Assembly (NCBI GenBank): GCA_034521955.1
Contig: JAXHLT010000004.1
Location: forward strand, 71,511 to 135,510
Source of the DNA: Halanaerobiales bacterium
GTDB taxonomy: Bacteria; Bacillota; Halanaerobiia; Halanaerobiales; M55B127
Length of the DNA: 64,000 nucleotides
Reading direction: 5' to 3'
In this document: piece by piece, positions 63,218-64,000 of the stretch
Numbering within the stretch: position 1 is the stretch's first letter
Layout: every line of letters begins with the position of its first letter
Position numbers and translations under genes: made by a program
The notes under the pieces: generated by a model
Told to the model about the DNA's origin: nothing
Seen by the model: the letters and a program-made list of their open reading frames with translations, nothing else
The model's database searches: none

Positions 63218-64000
63218 ATGGAAGTTAAGAAAGATAATAAGAGGAATAACTCAAAAATTAATTTTAATAAATTAATTGGAGACTATTGGATTGTGGGAGT
63301 TTCATTTCTTTATATTAATTTTTTCTATTATTGCTCCTGGCTTTCTTAGTATGAGGAGTCGGTTCATGGCCGTCAGTTTATGCAGTACAAGTTTGTATTA
63401 ACCGCTATTGGCGTTACTCTTGTTATTATAACCTCTGGTATTGATTTATCTGTAGGTTCTACTATGGGTTTAAAGTAGTATAGTATCAGCCTATACTATC
63501 GAGATACATGTTAATATCTGGTTATTCTGAAACTGTAATTATTATTATCGGTTTATCTGCTGGTATTTTTATAGGTTTACTTGTAGGTTTGATAAATGGC
63601 ATATTTATTACTAGGCTAAATATTTTACCCTTGATTGCTACCTTAGGAACACTTGGTATTGCAAAAGGGGCTACATTTCTTTTCTCATCTGTTAGTATAG
63701 CTGAAATCCCAGAACCATTAGGTAATTTTGCTAATACTGTCTTAGGTGGTTTTTTACCCATACGAGTATTGATCACTTTAATTATTGTGGTTATTTTTTA
63801 TCTATTACTTCACAAGACAAGATTTGGTAAATATACATACGCTATTGGTAGTAATGAAGATGCAGCTCGTTTTAGCTGGAATTGATATAAAAAAACATCT
63901 ATTAAAGGTATATATGTTAAGTGGATTATTGGCTCCTCAGCAGGTACTTTTGACTCTTATGCGCTTCAGTAGCTTGCTTCACCTCTAACAGGTAACCATC
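63218..64000 (+). CDS. Ribose-type (CUT2) ABC transporter permease (frameshifted, runs off the window)
   Basis: GIDLSVGS, GLINGI, PLIATLG, TRFGKYTYAIGSNEDAAR motifs. Confidence 0.85.

Overview
Low-GC (AT-rich) chromosomal segment. It most resembles a diderm, probably halophilic Firmicute (Halanaerobiales-like): a Firmicute-type T-box, LexA boxes and GerMN/YolD genes occur together with flagellar L/P-ring genes and AMIN-domain proteins. In order, the window holds: (1) the distal flagellar operon, fliY to flgJ (1-16.9 kb); (2) a mixed region with a LuxR regulator, dsdA, an EAL protein, T-box-controlled cysK-cysE, an IS remnant, mgsA, fluC and pstSCA; (3) a three-gene cassette resembling a chaperone-usher fimbrial system (30.6-34.2 kb); (4) SOS-controlled yolD and Y-family polymerase genes separated by a DOMON plus mini-cytochrome-b-like pair; (5) a NifX/ATPase/DUF5320 cluster with a repeated operator; (6) amidase-gerMN-murI, interrupted before rph-rdgB by an IclR-codB-codA-molybdenum hydroxylase cassette; (7) four tRNAs, then decayed island-like cargo and an intact ISLre2-family IS; (8) a LacI-regulated fructosamine (frlB/frlD/ABC) locus that runs off the end. 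Many genes carry single-base frameshifts, very dense after about 59.1 kb; most are probably sequencing or assembly indels. All calls come from motif recognition by eye; no database searches were run.
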